In this document: positions 26,584-35,530 of the stretch, piece after piece
How positions within the stretch are numbered: the stretch's first letter is position 1
Layout of the letters: every line of letters starts with the position of its first letter
Virus record (IMG/VR): IMGVR_UViG_3300012942_000024
Span: 1-38,282 of that record
DNA: 38,282 nucleotides
Reading direction: 5' to 3' (one strand)
Origin: a virus
Taxonomy: Duplodnaviria > Caudoviricetes
The notes under the pieces: model-generated
Databases searched by the model: none
What the model saw: only the letters and a program-made list of their open reading frames with translations
What the model was told of the DNA's origin: nothing
Program-made: the position numbers and the translations under genes

Positions 26584-26952
26584 TCATGACCCATCCCCCA
26601 GCAGCATCGAAACCGTCTGCAGCGCCCGCCCGCTCCGGATCATCGCCGGATCGCATCGGTACACCGTCCAGCCGAGCCGTTGCGCCGCCTCGTACTTGAG
26701 GAGGTCGGCGTGAAATCCGGTGCCCGTCGTGTGTCTGCCACCGGTCCATGCGCCGCCCTCAACTTCCACGGCCAGCTTTCGGCCCGGAATGGCAAAGTCA
26801 AAGCGCCAGTCCTTGAGTCCTGCTGCGACAAGACGCTGGCGGCAGCCTTTGCCCGTCCCGCCCGTGGCGTGGGCGGCGAAGCGGTGCTCACGCTCGAAAA
26901 CATGGCCCGTGGCCTTGAGGTGCAGGGCTAGTGTTTCTTCGGCGGCGCTCAT
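26584..26952 (-). CDS. PD-(D/E)xK (Vsr/DUF559-like) endonuclease
   Basis: WRFDFA...LAVEVEGGAWTGGRH...D..KY..A..LGW motif. Confidence 0.82.
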   Translation of the reverse strand: MSAAEETLALHLKATGHVFEREHRFAAHATGGTGKGCRQRLVAAGLKDWRFDFAIPGRKLAVEVEGGAWTGGRHTTGTGFHADLLKYEAAQRLGWTVYRCDPAMIRSGRALQTVSMLLGDGS

Positions 26953-27179
26953 CGCCTCACCTCTTGCGATGGCAGGTAGTACAGCCAGACCGTGGACTTC
27001 CCCGGCTTCTGCAGCTCTTCGGGCACGTGGAACAAGCGGCGCCGTAGCTTCCCCGTGCGCACGAGATAATTCACGCAGCCGCTGACTTGGCGGGGCTCCA
27101 TGCCGGTCTCCAGCACGATGTCGGCGATCATGCCGGGGCCTTCGCGGAACACGCCCAGGATTCGCTCAGGGATGCTCAT
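26949..27179 (-). CDS. Small winged-helix protein
   Basis: ERILGVF..GPGMIADIVLETGM..RQVSGCVNYL..TGKL. Confidence 0.6.
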   Translation of the reverse strand: MSIPERILGVFREGPGMIADIVLETGMEPRQVSGCVNYLVRTGKLRRRLFHVPEELQKPGKSTVWLYYLPSQEVRR

Positions 27180-27300
27180 TCCTCGCGCCCCACGAGACGC
27201 CAGCGCGATAGCGTGGCCTGATCGTCGGCTATGCTCGCAGCGGGAGGCTGGTGGGGTAGCGCCCAAGGTTGCGCGCGCGCGAAGATGGCGGGATTCGTGG

Positions 27301-27690
27301 TCATGCTTTGCGCTCCCCAATGGCCTGCCGTAGCCGCTCCCGCACCTTCGCCAGCAGCTCCGCCTCGGTGCCGAACTGCGCGATAAACGCCAGCCGGTCC
27401 CGATGGATGCTCGGCACCTTCGGATGCATCGTCCCCCGATGGTGCGCGTGGCATAGCGGTATCACGTCGCTGTCCGGCGCCCTCTGCCCTGCCCCGGCCC
27501 CGGTGCGCGGGTGATGAAGCTCTGGCGGCGTTCCGGGCGTCCCGGCGATCAGGCAGGCGATGCAGCCCAGCTCGGCAACGCGGGACATATGCGCTTTGGT
27601 CGCCTTGCTGCGGGATTTGCGCTTGCCGCTGGCGCGGATCGTCGTGGCCTTGAGCCCGGTCTTTCGCGGGGGCATGGGTGAACGGGTCAT
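27301..27690 (-). CDS. Ref-family/DUF968-like HNH nuclease
   Basis: VAELGCIAC...ELHH.R.G.G.GQRA....VIPLCHAHH. Confidence 0.8.
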   Translation of the reverse strand: MTRSPMPPRKTGLKATTIRASGKRKSRSKATKAHMSRVAELGCIACLIAGTPGTPPELHHPRTGAGAGQRAPDSDVIPLCHAHHRGTMHPKVPSIHRDRLAFIAQFGTEAELLAKVRERLRQAIGERKA

Positions 27691-28115
27691 GCCGCCCTCC
27701 TTTGCTCGCCCCAAACAACGCCGTGCTCTGCGCCAAACGCATAGGCCAGTTCGATCAGCTCCGACATGTCGCCTATCGTCATGCGCGAGGTGCGCTGTCC
27801 GAGCATCACGAATCCGCCCTCGATGCCTTGCGCGACACGCTGCGTCTTGCGCAGGCCAGCCGACAGAATGTCCTTCCAATCCTCCGGCTCCAGGTGCTGC
27901 AACTTGCCATCCACCGGCCATTCGACCTGCCGCGCAATGTCAGTCAGAACGGCCCACATAAGCGCGTTCTGGTCTAGCGTGCGAGTCGGCTTCTTCTCGT
28001 CGATCCGAACGCGTACCGGCTTGTCGAATTGCAGCAACTCGCATGCAACCTTCCATGCGTAAGCCATGCGGTCGCGGGCGTTGCTGGCGTCAAGAAATAT
28101 CGTGCGCGCTGTCAC
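27687..28115 (-). CDS. ninB: NinB/Orf recombination protein
   Basis: RTLDQNALMWAVLTDIARQVEW...EDWKD...TSRMT..MSELIE. Confidence 0.9.
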   Translation of the reverse strand: MTARTIFLDASNARDRMAYAWKVACELLQFDKPVRVRIDEKKPTRTLDQNALMWAVLTDIARQVEWPVDGKLQHLEPEDWKDILSAGLRKTQRVAQGIEGGFVMLGQRTSRMTIGDMSELIELAYAFGAEHGVVWGEQRRAA

Positions 28116-28354
28116 TTGTGATCCTCCATCGCATCGCAAAACGTCACGCATGCCCATGCAAGCCGCTGCTCCTTCGTCTTGCGCTTCATGCCGGCGATCT
28201 TGCGCAGCGTGTCGGCACATTCGCGCAGACCACGGATGTGGTGCACTAGCTCCGTCTGCATGAGCTTTCCGGTCGGGTCACCGGCTGCTATGCGGATATC
28301 GGCGAGCAGGGACAGTTCGGCCATCGTGGGGTCGCGGGAGTCGGGCGTGGTCAT
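28112..28354 (-). CDS. Hypothetical protein
   Basis: 80 aa, DIRIAAGDPTGKLMQTELV; coupled to both neighbours. Confidence 0.65.
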   Translation of the reverse strand: MTTPDSRDPTMAELSLLADIRIAAGDPTGKLMQTELVHHIRGLRECADTLRKIAGMKRKTKEQRLAWACVTFCDAMEDHK

Positions 28355-29940
28355 GCTTTACTCCCGGCATAAATAGCAACGTCAATCGACGTGCCGGCGA
28401 ACTGGTTGGCGAACACTTCCGACCATTCGTAATCCAGCCCCGGAATCAAATCTTTGCCGCGCTGCGATGCGGGCAGGATGCAGACAACGCGGCCACCCGG
28501 CGCAAGTAGTGACACGGCAGCTTGCAGGTGGGCGAGCCAGCGGCCATCTGAATACGGCGGATTCATGCAGACGCGATCAAACAGGTTTCCTTCGCACATC
28601 GCCTGCGCGGCCCAGGCGATAAAGTCGGCCTGTTCGCACTGATAGCCCTTCGCCCGCAGAATCATGCAGTGCAATCCGCTGATTTCGACGCACTGCGTGA
28701 AGTCGGGCGGCAACAGCGAAGCAATGGCGCCCTGCCCGGCGCTCGGCTCAAGGAACGTGCAATCGCCAAGCTCGCCGGCGTCCAACATGTCCACTGCGAC
28801 ACGCGCCACGTTCTCCGGCGTCGGGTAATACTGGTGGCTTACCTTGTCCGGCACGCAGCCAGAGACATGAATCTCGCGCAGTACGTCGCGCGGGTCGTAA
28901 TTGAAGCGCACCGTGATATCTGACTGCCGAACGCCGCCGATGCTTTCCAGTACGCGCAAAGCCTCCTTTCGTGCGGGCTTTATTTCGAACTCTTCGCAAT
29001 AGCCAAGGCTCGCGTCATTCGTGCCGCGCACCATGCACCCGGACAGAATCGCCAGCACCGCGAATGGAAGCGGTCGCCCCATCATCGTGAATGTTTTGGC
29101 TTTCTTCGGTGGCTTCGTACGGAAGCTGGCCGGGATCACGCGTGGGTATAGATTCGCCAGAATGGCATTCAGGCGCCACGCCATTTCCGGGTGAACTTCC
29201 ATGTGCACGGTGCCCTTGAGGTAGGCGCGCACGCGCAACGCCCCGCCATCCACCACATGCCATTCCCCGTGACGCTCCATGCACGCCCTGAGCATCGCGT
29301 CACTGGCGTTCCAATATGGCTCATCGCGTCCCATGAACTTTGCGATGATGCATCGAAGATCGTTCACAAGGCCGCATTTGCTGGAATTAGTGCCGCCCCA
29401 CTCACTGAAAACATAGGACAGGATCATCCGCTTGCCGAACGCCATTGGGCTATTCGTCACGTGCTCGCCGGACAGGCCGCGAAAGATGCCATCGACACGC
29501 TCAGCAAGGAACTGCCCACGCGCGGCCATCAGCGCCTCCATCGTCGCGGACACGTTGTCTTCGGTGAACTCCGGCGTCTTCAGTTCGCGAATGGATTCGT
29601 TCCATTCGTCGCGGCGCTTCTGCGGCATCGCGTTGTATACGTCCGTCAGGTTCAATGTGCGCTGCCAGAAATCAGCATCCAGCGCCTTGAGTGCCGGGCC
29701 AACGCGGAACAACTGCCCCGCATCCGGGAAGCGGTGATCGTCGTTCGCGTTGCCGGTCTTGAAGTAACCCAGCGCCACGCCGTTCTCGTCGTCCATCAGC
29801 GATGCCAGCCGCTCAACCCTTGCACGCATCGCGTGGTACTGGCCGAACAGGCCGTCAATCAGGCCGTAGGGAGTCGGCGCGAAGAACTCGTCAGCCTCGA
29901 CCAACTCACCCGCATGTGATTCCTTGAGGATTGCATTCAC
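28351..29940 (-). CDS. DUF4942-type SAM-dependent (amino) DNA methyltransferase
   Basis: QYYPTP, LEPSAGQG (motif I) and MNPPY (motif IV), with a large N-terminal domain; GTG start at 29940. Confidence 0.85.
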   Translation of the reverse strand: MNAILKESHAGELVEADEFFAPTPYGLIDGLFGQYHAMRARVERLASLMDDENGVALGYFKTGNANDDHRFPDAGQLFRVGPALKALDADFWQRTLNLTDVYNAMPQKRRDEWNESIRELKTPEFTEDNVSATMEALMAARGQFLAERVDGIFRGLSGEHVTNSPMAFGKRMILSYVFSEWGGTNSSKCGLVNDLRCIIAKFMGRDEPYWNASDAMLRACMERHGEWHVVDGGALRVRAYLKGTVHMEVHPEMAWRLNAILANLYPRVIPASFRTKPPKKAKTFTMMGRPLPFAVLAILSGCMVRGTNDASLGYCEEFEIKPARKEALRVLESIGGVRQSDITVRFNYDPRDVLREIHVSGCVPDKVSHQYYPTPENVARVAVDMLDAGELGDCTFLEPSAGQGAIASLLPPDFTQCVEISGLHCMILRAKGYQCEQADFIAWAAQAMCEGNLFDRVCMNPPYSDGRWLAHLQAAVSLLAPGGRVVCILPASQRGKDLIPGLDYEWSEVFANQFAGTSIDVAIYAGSKA

Positions 29941-30152
29941 GCCGCCACCCTCCGCGCCAGTCGAAACCGATACGGCGTGCCCCGGTCCTTCCCGATCCGC
30001 ACCACCTCGCCGCGATTGCGCATGCCGCGAAGGCAGGATTCGACGCCCATCCAGTTCACGCCGATGCGCTGCGAAATCTCGGATGCGGTCAGGTCGCCGG
30101 ATGCGAGCGTGGTGGCGATCTTGGCGATCGTTTCGTGTTTGAGTTGGCTCAT
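29937..30152 (-). CDS. Small winged-helix protein
   Basis: GDLTASEISQRIGVNW..VESCLRGM...GEV. Confidence 0.65.
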   Translation of the reverse strand: MSQLKHETIAKIATTLASGDLTASEISQRIGVNWMGVESCLRGMRNRGEVVRIGKDRGTPYRFRLARRVAA

Positions 30153-30406
30153 GCGTGCTTCCTCGCGCGCTTGGCGTCCATATCATCAAGGCGGATCAGT
30201 TGGTCCGCGTCCGTTCCATCGAATGCCTGTTGCTTGCCCATCGTCTTGCCTGCCTCGCTGAAATAAAGGGGTTTCACGCCGGGACCGAACACGGCGCGGA
30301 AGTCGTCGATGATTGACGTGCAGCCGGGGAAGTCGCGGCGGATTTGGTCGCGCCGGCTTTCGTCCTTGCGCACGTTGGCGCGGATCATTTCCACAACATC
30401 GGTCAT
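30149..30406 (-). CDS. Hypothetical protein
   Basis: FP....IDDFRAVFG..VK.LY.SE.G motif; follows the helicase. Confidence 0.7.
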   Translation of the reverse strand: MTDVVEMIRANVRKDESRRDQIRRDFPGCTSIIDDFRAVFGPGVKPLYFSEAGKTMGKQQAFDGTDADQLIRLDDMDAKRARKHA

Positions 30407-31746
30407 GGCAAGTCCCCCTCGAAACGGCTTAGGAACCGCATGGTTTCGGGAACCCATACGGTCTTGATTTCGCCGCACGGGCCGTGCCTGTTCTTTTCAA
30501 CGCTGATAATTGCTTCGCTGTCGTCGGCGTTGTCGTCAGCCGTGCCGGGGCGGAACAAGGTCAGGATCTGGTCGGCCTCTTTCTCGATCTCGCTGGAATC
30601 GGACAAGTCGCCCATGCCGGGCTGGCGCCCATCCGCCTGCCGTCCGACCTGCGCCAACGAGATCACGGGTATTTCCAGATCGCGCGCCAGGTTCTTGAGT
30701 CCGCGCACCACCTCACCCACCCTCTCCGCCTTGTTGGCGCTCTGCCGGGTTTGCGACGCCTCGATGCGCTGCACGTAATCGACAAACAGGGCACGAATGC
30801 CGTTTTGCTGCTTCCATTTGCGCGCCATGCGCGACACGTCGGCGATGGTCGGCGAGCTACGGTCGTAGATCATGCAAGTCCGCTCGCACAATTCGCCCAC
30901 CGCGTTTTCCAGCTTGTGCAGGTCTTGCGGCTCGAACCTTCCGTTACGCATCCGCTCGGCTGGAACATGCGACTTGATCGACATGACGCGGGCGCCTATT
31001 TGCTGCGCGGGCTGTTCGGCGGAAATGATCCCGGACGGCAACGCGCAGGCCGTGGCGAAGTTCAGCAGGATGGCCGTTTTCCCCTGCGACGGTCGTGCTC
31101 CAATCACGATCAGGTCGGAGTCGTGCCAGCCGCCAAGGATTCGATCCAGATCAACCAGCCCCGATGCAATACCGGGGATACGTCCGCCCAATTCGCGGGC
31201 GCGCTCCGCTTCGGCGTAAGCCATCGTCATTGCTTGGCGCAACGTGTATTCGCTGCGCGTCTCGACCTTTTGCAACGCCATCAAGTCCGTGATGCCACGG
31301 TCCACCAGTTCGACACCGTTGGACTGCCCGGCATAGGCCGACTCGACCAACTGTGTTGCCTGGTCGATGACTTGCCGCATGACGGACTTCTCGCGGACGA
31401 TTTGGGCATACGCGATGATGTTGGCCGCGCTCGGGATCGTATTCGCCAGTTCGATGCAGTAGGCCGCGCCCCCCATCATGTCGCCTAGCCCGTTGCTGTC
31501 GAACCAGTCGCCCAGCGTCACGGCATCGCAAGGCTGGCCACGCGCAGACAATTCCATGATCGCCCGCCAGATCAGTCGATGATCCTTGCGGTAGAAATCC
31601 GCCTCGCTGATTCGGTCGGCGATCTTGTCCAGAGCATCCGGGGCCAACATCAGGCCGCCCAACACCGACTGCTCGGCGTCGATGGAGTGCGGCGGGACGC
31701 GGATGCCCAGGTCGCGGGCCTCAGCCATGCGAACGACGGCGTTCAC
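30403..31746 (-). CDS. dnaB: Replicative DNA helicase (DnaB family)
   Basis: PPHSIDAEQSVLGGL, GARPSQGKT, FVDYVQ, LAQ, IEKEAD and KNRHG motifs. Confidence 0.95.
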   Translation of the reverse strand: MNAVVRMAEARDLGIRVPPHSIDAEQSVLGGLMLAPDALDKIADRISEADFYRKDHRLIWRAIMELSARGQPCDAVTLGDWFDSNGLGDMMGGAAYCIELANTIPSAANIIAYAQIVREKSVMRQVIDQATQLVESAYAGQSNGVELVDRGITDLMALQKVETRSEYTLRQAMTMAYAEAERARELGGRIPGIASGLVDLDRILGGWHDSDLIVIGARPSQGKTAILLNFATACALPSGIISAEQPAQQIGARVMSIKSHVPAERMRNGRFEPQDLHKLENAVGELCERTCMIYDRSSPTIADVSRMARKWKQQNGIRALFVDYVQRIEASQTRQSANKAERVGEVVRGLKNLARDLEIPVISLAQVGRQADGRQPGMGDLSDSSEIEKEADQILTLFRPGTADDNADDSEAIISVEKNRHGPCGEIKTVWVPETMRFLSRFEGDLP

Positions 31747-32510
31747 TTCGGCAGCCCGTAGTTGGTGGAGCTGCCTTCGCCGAGTTGCTTGCGGCGCTTC
31801 GTCGGCTGCGGCGTGACCGATCCGTTACCCGCCACCCATTCGGCCTTGAAGCCACGCCACCCGCGCTCGCAGCACATCGTCAAGGCGGCAGTCAGCGTCA
31901 AGCCGGCCTTTCCAGCCTCTCGGCGGATGCCGTCCATCGCGGTTGTGGTAATCGGAGCGCGGAGTTTCTGGCGCAGCTGCTTGAAGTCGTGAACGACTTG
32001 CTCGGGGATGCCATCGAAGAGTTCGCCGTCAGGCGTAGTCTTTTGCTTTTGTTCTTCTCTCTTATCTTCTCTCTTATCTAGTCCGCTTTCATTCCGAGAT
32101 TTGTCCGCATCGTTTGCGGACAGATTGCGGACAGGTTGCGGACATTTCCGACTGTCCCTTTTGCGCTTTTGATCCTCGGCGCGACGCTTGGCCGACTGGC
32201 CGTTATGCTCGTCAAACTCAGGCAGCGTAAGGGTTTCGCGGCCATCGAAGGACAGCCAATCGACCGCAATCATTGCCTCAGCGAAGCCGGGCCAACCGAT
32301 CACATGATCCAAAAGATCAGGCGTGTAGCCGAACAGAACCCCATCGGTCGAATGAGTGTCGAACACCGACCACGCCGCATGAAGTCCGCCGATTACCCGA
32401 AACTTGTCCGTTGCATTCTGGACGTCATGCGGACGCATTGCGGACAAAATGCGGACAACTTTCGGATGCGATTGAAGCTCTGACCGCATCTTGATCCAGT
32501 CGCCAGCCAT
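31743..32510 (-). CDS. Phage replication initiator (O-like)
   Basis: MAGDWIKMR...HPKV, FDEHNGQSAKRRA and ERGWRGFKAEW motifs; upstream of dnaB; contains iterons. Confidence 0.85.
   Translation of the reverse strand: MAGDWIKMRSELQSHPKVVRILSAMRPHDVQNATDKFRVIGGLHAAWSVFDTHSTDGVLFGYTPDLLDHVIGWPGFAEAMIAVDWLSFDGRETLTLPEFDEHNGQSAKRRAEDQKRKRDSRKCPQPVRNLSANDADKSRNESGLDKREDKREEQKQKTTPDGELFDGIPEQVVHDFKQLRQKLRAPITTTAMDGIRREAGKAGLTLTAALTMCCERGWRGFKAEWVAGNGSVTPQPTKRRKQLGEGSSTNYGLPK
32041..32144. repeat. Putative replication origin: TTGCGGACA x3 (11-bp period), one inverted copy and an adjacent pyrimidine/AT tract
   Basis: Copies at 32114, 32125 and 32136; inverted copy at 32102; T/C tract at 32041-32080. 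Confidence 0.7.
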
Positions 32511-32825
32511 CAGCGCACCCCCATCCGCCGCTCCATCACCGCAACCTCTTCCCGGCTGCGCTGCGCAATGAGCGCTGTCAGGCGGCGCCACGCGTGCACG
32601 GCTGCATCACGGTCGCCTGCCTCCATCGCGGCGACGTAGACACGTCCAGCGACGCGCATGGAGGCATGGCGGAACATGGCGCTCACGGCCGCGCCTCCCG
32701 CTTTGCATCCTCGTCATTGCGCGCCTGCCGATTGGCCTCGATAGCCTCGCGGCCGAAACGGGCGACGGCTTGCCAGCCTTCGCTCAGCGTGAATTCCAGC
32801 GGGTCGTTTTCGCCGTGGTCGGTGA

Positions 32826-33017
32826 TCATGCGGCTGCACTCCTGAGCTGGGCGTTCTCCGCCTCAAGCCTGAAAATTCGTTCTTCGGTGGATTCGGTACG
32901 CGGCACGAGATCCATGCCGACGCTATGGGCCAGCCATTGCGACCATCCCCCAGTTGCCAACAGCGTGCGCGAACGACACGGCCAGATCGGCGGGCATGTG
33001 CGCGTTGCCGGCGACAT
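32826..33017 (-). CDS. Short ORF at the cII position (possible remnant)
   Basis: Directly after cro; QWLAHSVGMDLV plus coiled coil, no HTH. Confidence 0.4.
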   Translation of the reverse strand: MSPATRTCPPIWPCRSRTLLATGGWSQWLAHSVGMDLVPRTESTEERIFRLEAENAQLRSAAA

Positions 33018-33020
33018 GGC

Positions 33021-33224
33021 TTAGGCCGCCTCTTGCTTGGTTGGCTTGGCGTAGACGTCTGCCCAGCTCACCTTGCCGCCAGTCGCCGCGACGATGCGCC
33101 TGGCTACTGCCGGGCGAGGGCTACGCGATCCCAACCGATAGCTGGTAGCCGCTCGCTCCGAGATGCCAAACAGGTCAGAGGCAGCTTTGTCGCCGATAAG
33201 TGTGATGTAGTCAGGGAGGTTCAT
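33021..33224 (-). CDS. cro: Cro-like repressor
   Basis: 67 aa HTH (AASDLFGISERAATSYRLGSRSP...IVAATGGKVSWAD), divergent from cI. Confidence 0.8.
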   Translation of the reverse strand: MNLPDYITLIGDKAASDLFGISERAATSYRLGSRSPRPAVARRIVAATGGKVSWADVYAKPTKQEAA

Positions 33225-33274
33225 GTCACTAATCGTGCTACTTTCCACGCCCAGATGCAAGCACTATTTGTGCT
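33225..33274. promoter_or_regulatory. Right operators (AGCAC-N5-GTGCT)
   Basis: GTCACTAATCGTGCT at 33225-33239 and AGCACTATTTGTGCT at 33260-33274, between cro and cI. Confidence 0.75.
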
Positions 33275-33331
33275 AGATGTAACCCCATGAAATCACAAGT
33301 AAAATTGTTGATCCTCCATGGGTCTCCTTAT

Positions 33332-33918
33332 ATGAGAAAGCACGTTGAGATATTGGCCGAGCTGCTCGAAAAGAAGGTGGGCAAGCAAGGAGCCATAGCC
33401 AAGGCGCTCGGTTACAAGTCCGCTTCGGCCGTAGGTATGATGTTGCGCGGGGAACGCGGCATGAGCCGGAAGGTGTTACAGGAGGCGCGTATCCCTGCGA
33501 ATCCTGCGAAATCCGCGAATCAGGGGCGGCAAAGGGCGGCCGATTCGCAAGATTCGCAAGATTCGCAACGCGTGGAAGTTGTAAATCACATTTCGACCCC
33601 TGCGGTATCGGCACCGCTGTCACCGCTTGCTGACACCCTGAAACCGTTACGCGCGCACCTGCTGGCGCTGGCGACTGCCGAGGGAGTCGACCCCGCCAAC
33701 GTTCACCGGCTGCACGATGCCGACCTTGCCGGCTGCAAATGTGCGAGCTGGCCGGAATCACCATTGTCTATCTGGCATCCATCTCGGATGACTTGAAAGT
33801 GGCTAAGCGCAAAGAGTCCGTGGAAGCCGCCGCCATCATGGACGACGCCACGCCGGAAGAACTGGCTGTGCTGATGCCACTTCGGCGCGCCTATCGGAAA
33901 TCGAAAACCGATAGTTAG
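33332..33918 (+). pseudogene. cI: CI-like XRE repressor split by a 254-bp insertion
   Basis: N-part MRKHV...KQGAIAKALGYKSASAVGMMLRGERGMSRKVLQ ends at 33481; C-part QMCELAGITIVYL...KTDS* (33736-33918) is in another frame; removing 254 bp restores one ORF. Confidence 0.8.
33495..33568. repeat. Inverted arrays of 9-bp repeats (3 x ~CTGCGAATC, 20-bp spacer, 3 x GATTCGCAA)
   Basis: Directly visible inside the cI insertion. Confidence 0.85.
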
Positions 33919-33932
33919 AATCAATCGATAAA

Positions 33933-34002
33933 AGCACAAATTGTGCTTGACAGGCTCTATCTGTAGGCACAGACTCTCTCCCAACGAAGCACGATTAGTG
34001 CT
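33933..34002 (+). promoter_or_regulatory. PL-like promoter with left operators
   Basis: AGCACAAATTGTGCT (33933-33947) overlaps TTGACA (33947-33952); second operator AGCACGATTAGTGCT at 33988-34002. Confidence 0.78.
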
Positions 34003-34034
34003 AGACACAAGCCAACACGGCCAGGGAGAACGAC

Positions 34035-34193
34035 ATGCAGACCTACGTCATCGAGTACTTGACCACCAACCGCTACGGCGGCCTGGTCGACAAAGTCGCC
34101 TTCGTCCGCGCTGCCAGCGCCGACATTGCTCGCGCCGAGTTCAGCGCCAAGCATCCGCACGTCGCCATCGGCTACGTCGGTGTGGAGGGCTGA
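34035..34193 (+). CDS. Hypothetical protein, first gene of the early-left operon
   Basis: GGGAG RBS; 52 aa MQTYVIEYLTTNRYGG...; below the ORF-track cutoff. Confidence 0.65.
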   Translation: MQTYVIEYLTTNRYGGLVDKVAFVRAASADIARAEFSAKHPHVAIGYVGVEG

Positions 34194-34196
34194 GCC

Positions 34197-34391
34197 ATGG
34201 CAGGCCTCATGATGATGTCTGTAATGCAGTCGGTCAGTGCCGCCCGTAACGAAGGCGCGATGGATGGCGATTGCGCCGTCACGGTCAAGATCGGCCGCGA
34301 TGCGCTCTACCTGTCCCGCAAAGAAGCCGCCCAACTCGGCGCGGAGCTGCTGAATGCATCGGGCGCAGTTCCGATGGAGGCGGCGGCATGA
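34197..34391 (+). CDS. Hypothetical protein
   Basis: 64 aa, coupled to neighbours. Confidence 0.6.
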   Translation: MAGLMMMSVMQSVSAARNEGAMDGDCAVTVKIGRDALYLSRKEAAQLGAELLNASGAVPMEAAA

Positions 34392-34624
34392 CCCCGACCC
34401 TGCAGCAGATCATCGCCAACTACGGTGCATCCGTGGCCCTGATGCCTTCCGACGTCGCCGCGTACTACCTGTGCTACCGCTGCCACGACGACGCCCGCAC
34501 GGTGCGAAACATGCGGGAAACGATCATCCCCGCGTTCCGCGCGTCGCCAGTGTTCGGGCAGGCAGAGATTGCCGAGGCGGTAGCCGCGTTCGACGCACGG
34601 TTCCCGGTGGAGGTGTCGGCATGA
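34388..34624 (+). CDS. Hypothetical protein
   Basis: GGAGG RBS, ATGA overlap; MTPTLQQII... Confidence 0.65.
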   Translation: MTPTLQQIIANYGASVALMPSDVAAYYLCYRCHDDARTVRNMRETIIPAFRASPVFGQAEIAEAVAAFDARFPVEVSA

Positions 34625-34887
34625 GCGCCCAACCCGTCCCCACCCTCGAACAGCGCCGCGCCCTGGCCGCGTACCTCGCGGACCAGCGTGAGGCCATTCA
34701 CCACGCCGAGCGCTACGAGCCGACGCACAAGATGGAAATGGACCTGCCCGTGCCGTCCGCGTGGCAGCTGATCCGCGAGGAATATCGCGACAACCCTGCC
34801 GCTTTCCTTTTCACTGGCCTGATCTGGCTGATCGTGCTGGGTATCGGGTTGGTGATGCTTGCTGTGCGGCAAGGCTGGGTGTCATGA
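34621..34887 (+). CDS. Hypothetical membrane protein
   Basis: ATGA overlap; C-terminal transmembrane segment. Confidence 0.65.
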   Translation: MSAQPVPTLEQRRALAAYLADQREAIHHAERYEPTHKMEMDLPVPSAWQLIREEYRDNPAAFLFTGLIWLIVLGIGLVMLAVRQGWVS

Positions 34888-35051
34888 CCGCCCGCACCTT
34901 CCGCTGCCGCATCGCCCGGCTTCAAGGCGGTTTCGCTCAATACGTCACGTACATCGGCCCGGTGGATCGCATCCCAGCTGGATGGTCGATTGTGATGCGG
35001 CGGGTTGTAGGGAGGGCTTCCGAGCTCACCCGCGTAGGCATTTCGTCATGA
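34884..35051 (+). CDS. Hypothetical protein
   Basis: ATGA overlaps at both ends; MTARTFRCRIARL... Confidence 0.5.
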   Translation: MTARTFRCRIARLQGGFAQYVTYIGPVDRIPAGWSIVMRRVVGRASELTRVGISS

Positions 35052-35530
35052 CCCGCGCGCAAAGCGACTTTCTCCAGAAATTTATTGCTGTTTGCCCGTC
35101 CGGGTGTTGGGAGTGGCAAGGATCGCTTGATCGTTATGGATATGGGCGCCTGAAAATTGAGGGTAAGTATGTTCGCGCGCACCGATTCGCATACGAGATT
35201 TTTCGCGGCGAAGTAGGCCCGCTGATGGATCATCTTTGCCGCAATAGGAAGTGTGTAAACCCTGAGCATCTTGAGTCCGTAACTCACGCTGAAAACGTCA
35301 TTCGCGGCAACAGCTTTAGTGCATTGAACGCGCGCAAAACACATTGCGTAAGAGGGCATGCTTTCGACGAACAGAACACCAGCCTTCGTTCCGGGAGGCG
35401 AGTCTGCAGGAAATGTGACGACATACGACACAGGAAATGCAGGATGCGAAAAGCCGAGGCTTTGCGCCTGGCCACTCGAAACTTTAGCGCCGCAACCTCC
35501 ATCACCTCCGCAACGGGAGAAAACGTATGA
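35048..35530 (+). CDS. HNH (homing-type) endonuclease
   Basis: CWEWQG...GYG...AHRFAY...DHLCRNRKCVNPEHL...EN, then KTHCVRGH..CRKC; lower GC than flanks. Confidence 0.9.
   Translation: MTRAQSDFLQKFIAVCPSGCWEWQGSLDRYGYGRLKIEGKYVRAHRFAYEIFRGEVGPLMDHLCRNRKCVNPEHLESVTHAENVIRGNSFSALNARKTHCVRGHAFDEQNTSLRSGRRVCRKCDDIRHRKCRMRKAEALRLATRNFSAATSITSATGENV

Noticed and set aside
33287-33796. 169-aa ORF as an intact repressor
   Set aside because: It is better explained as the cI N-terminus reading into the insertion; the natural C-terminus is in another frame at 33736-33918
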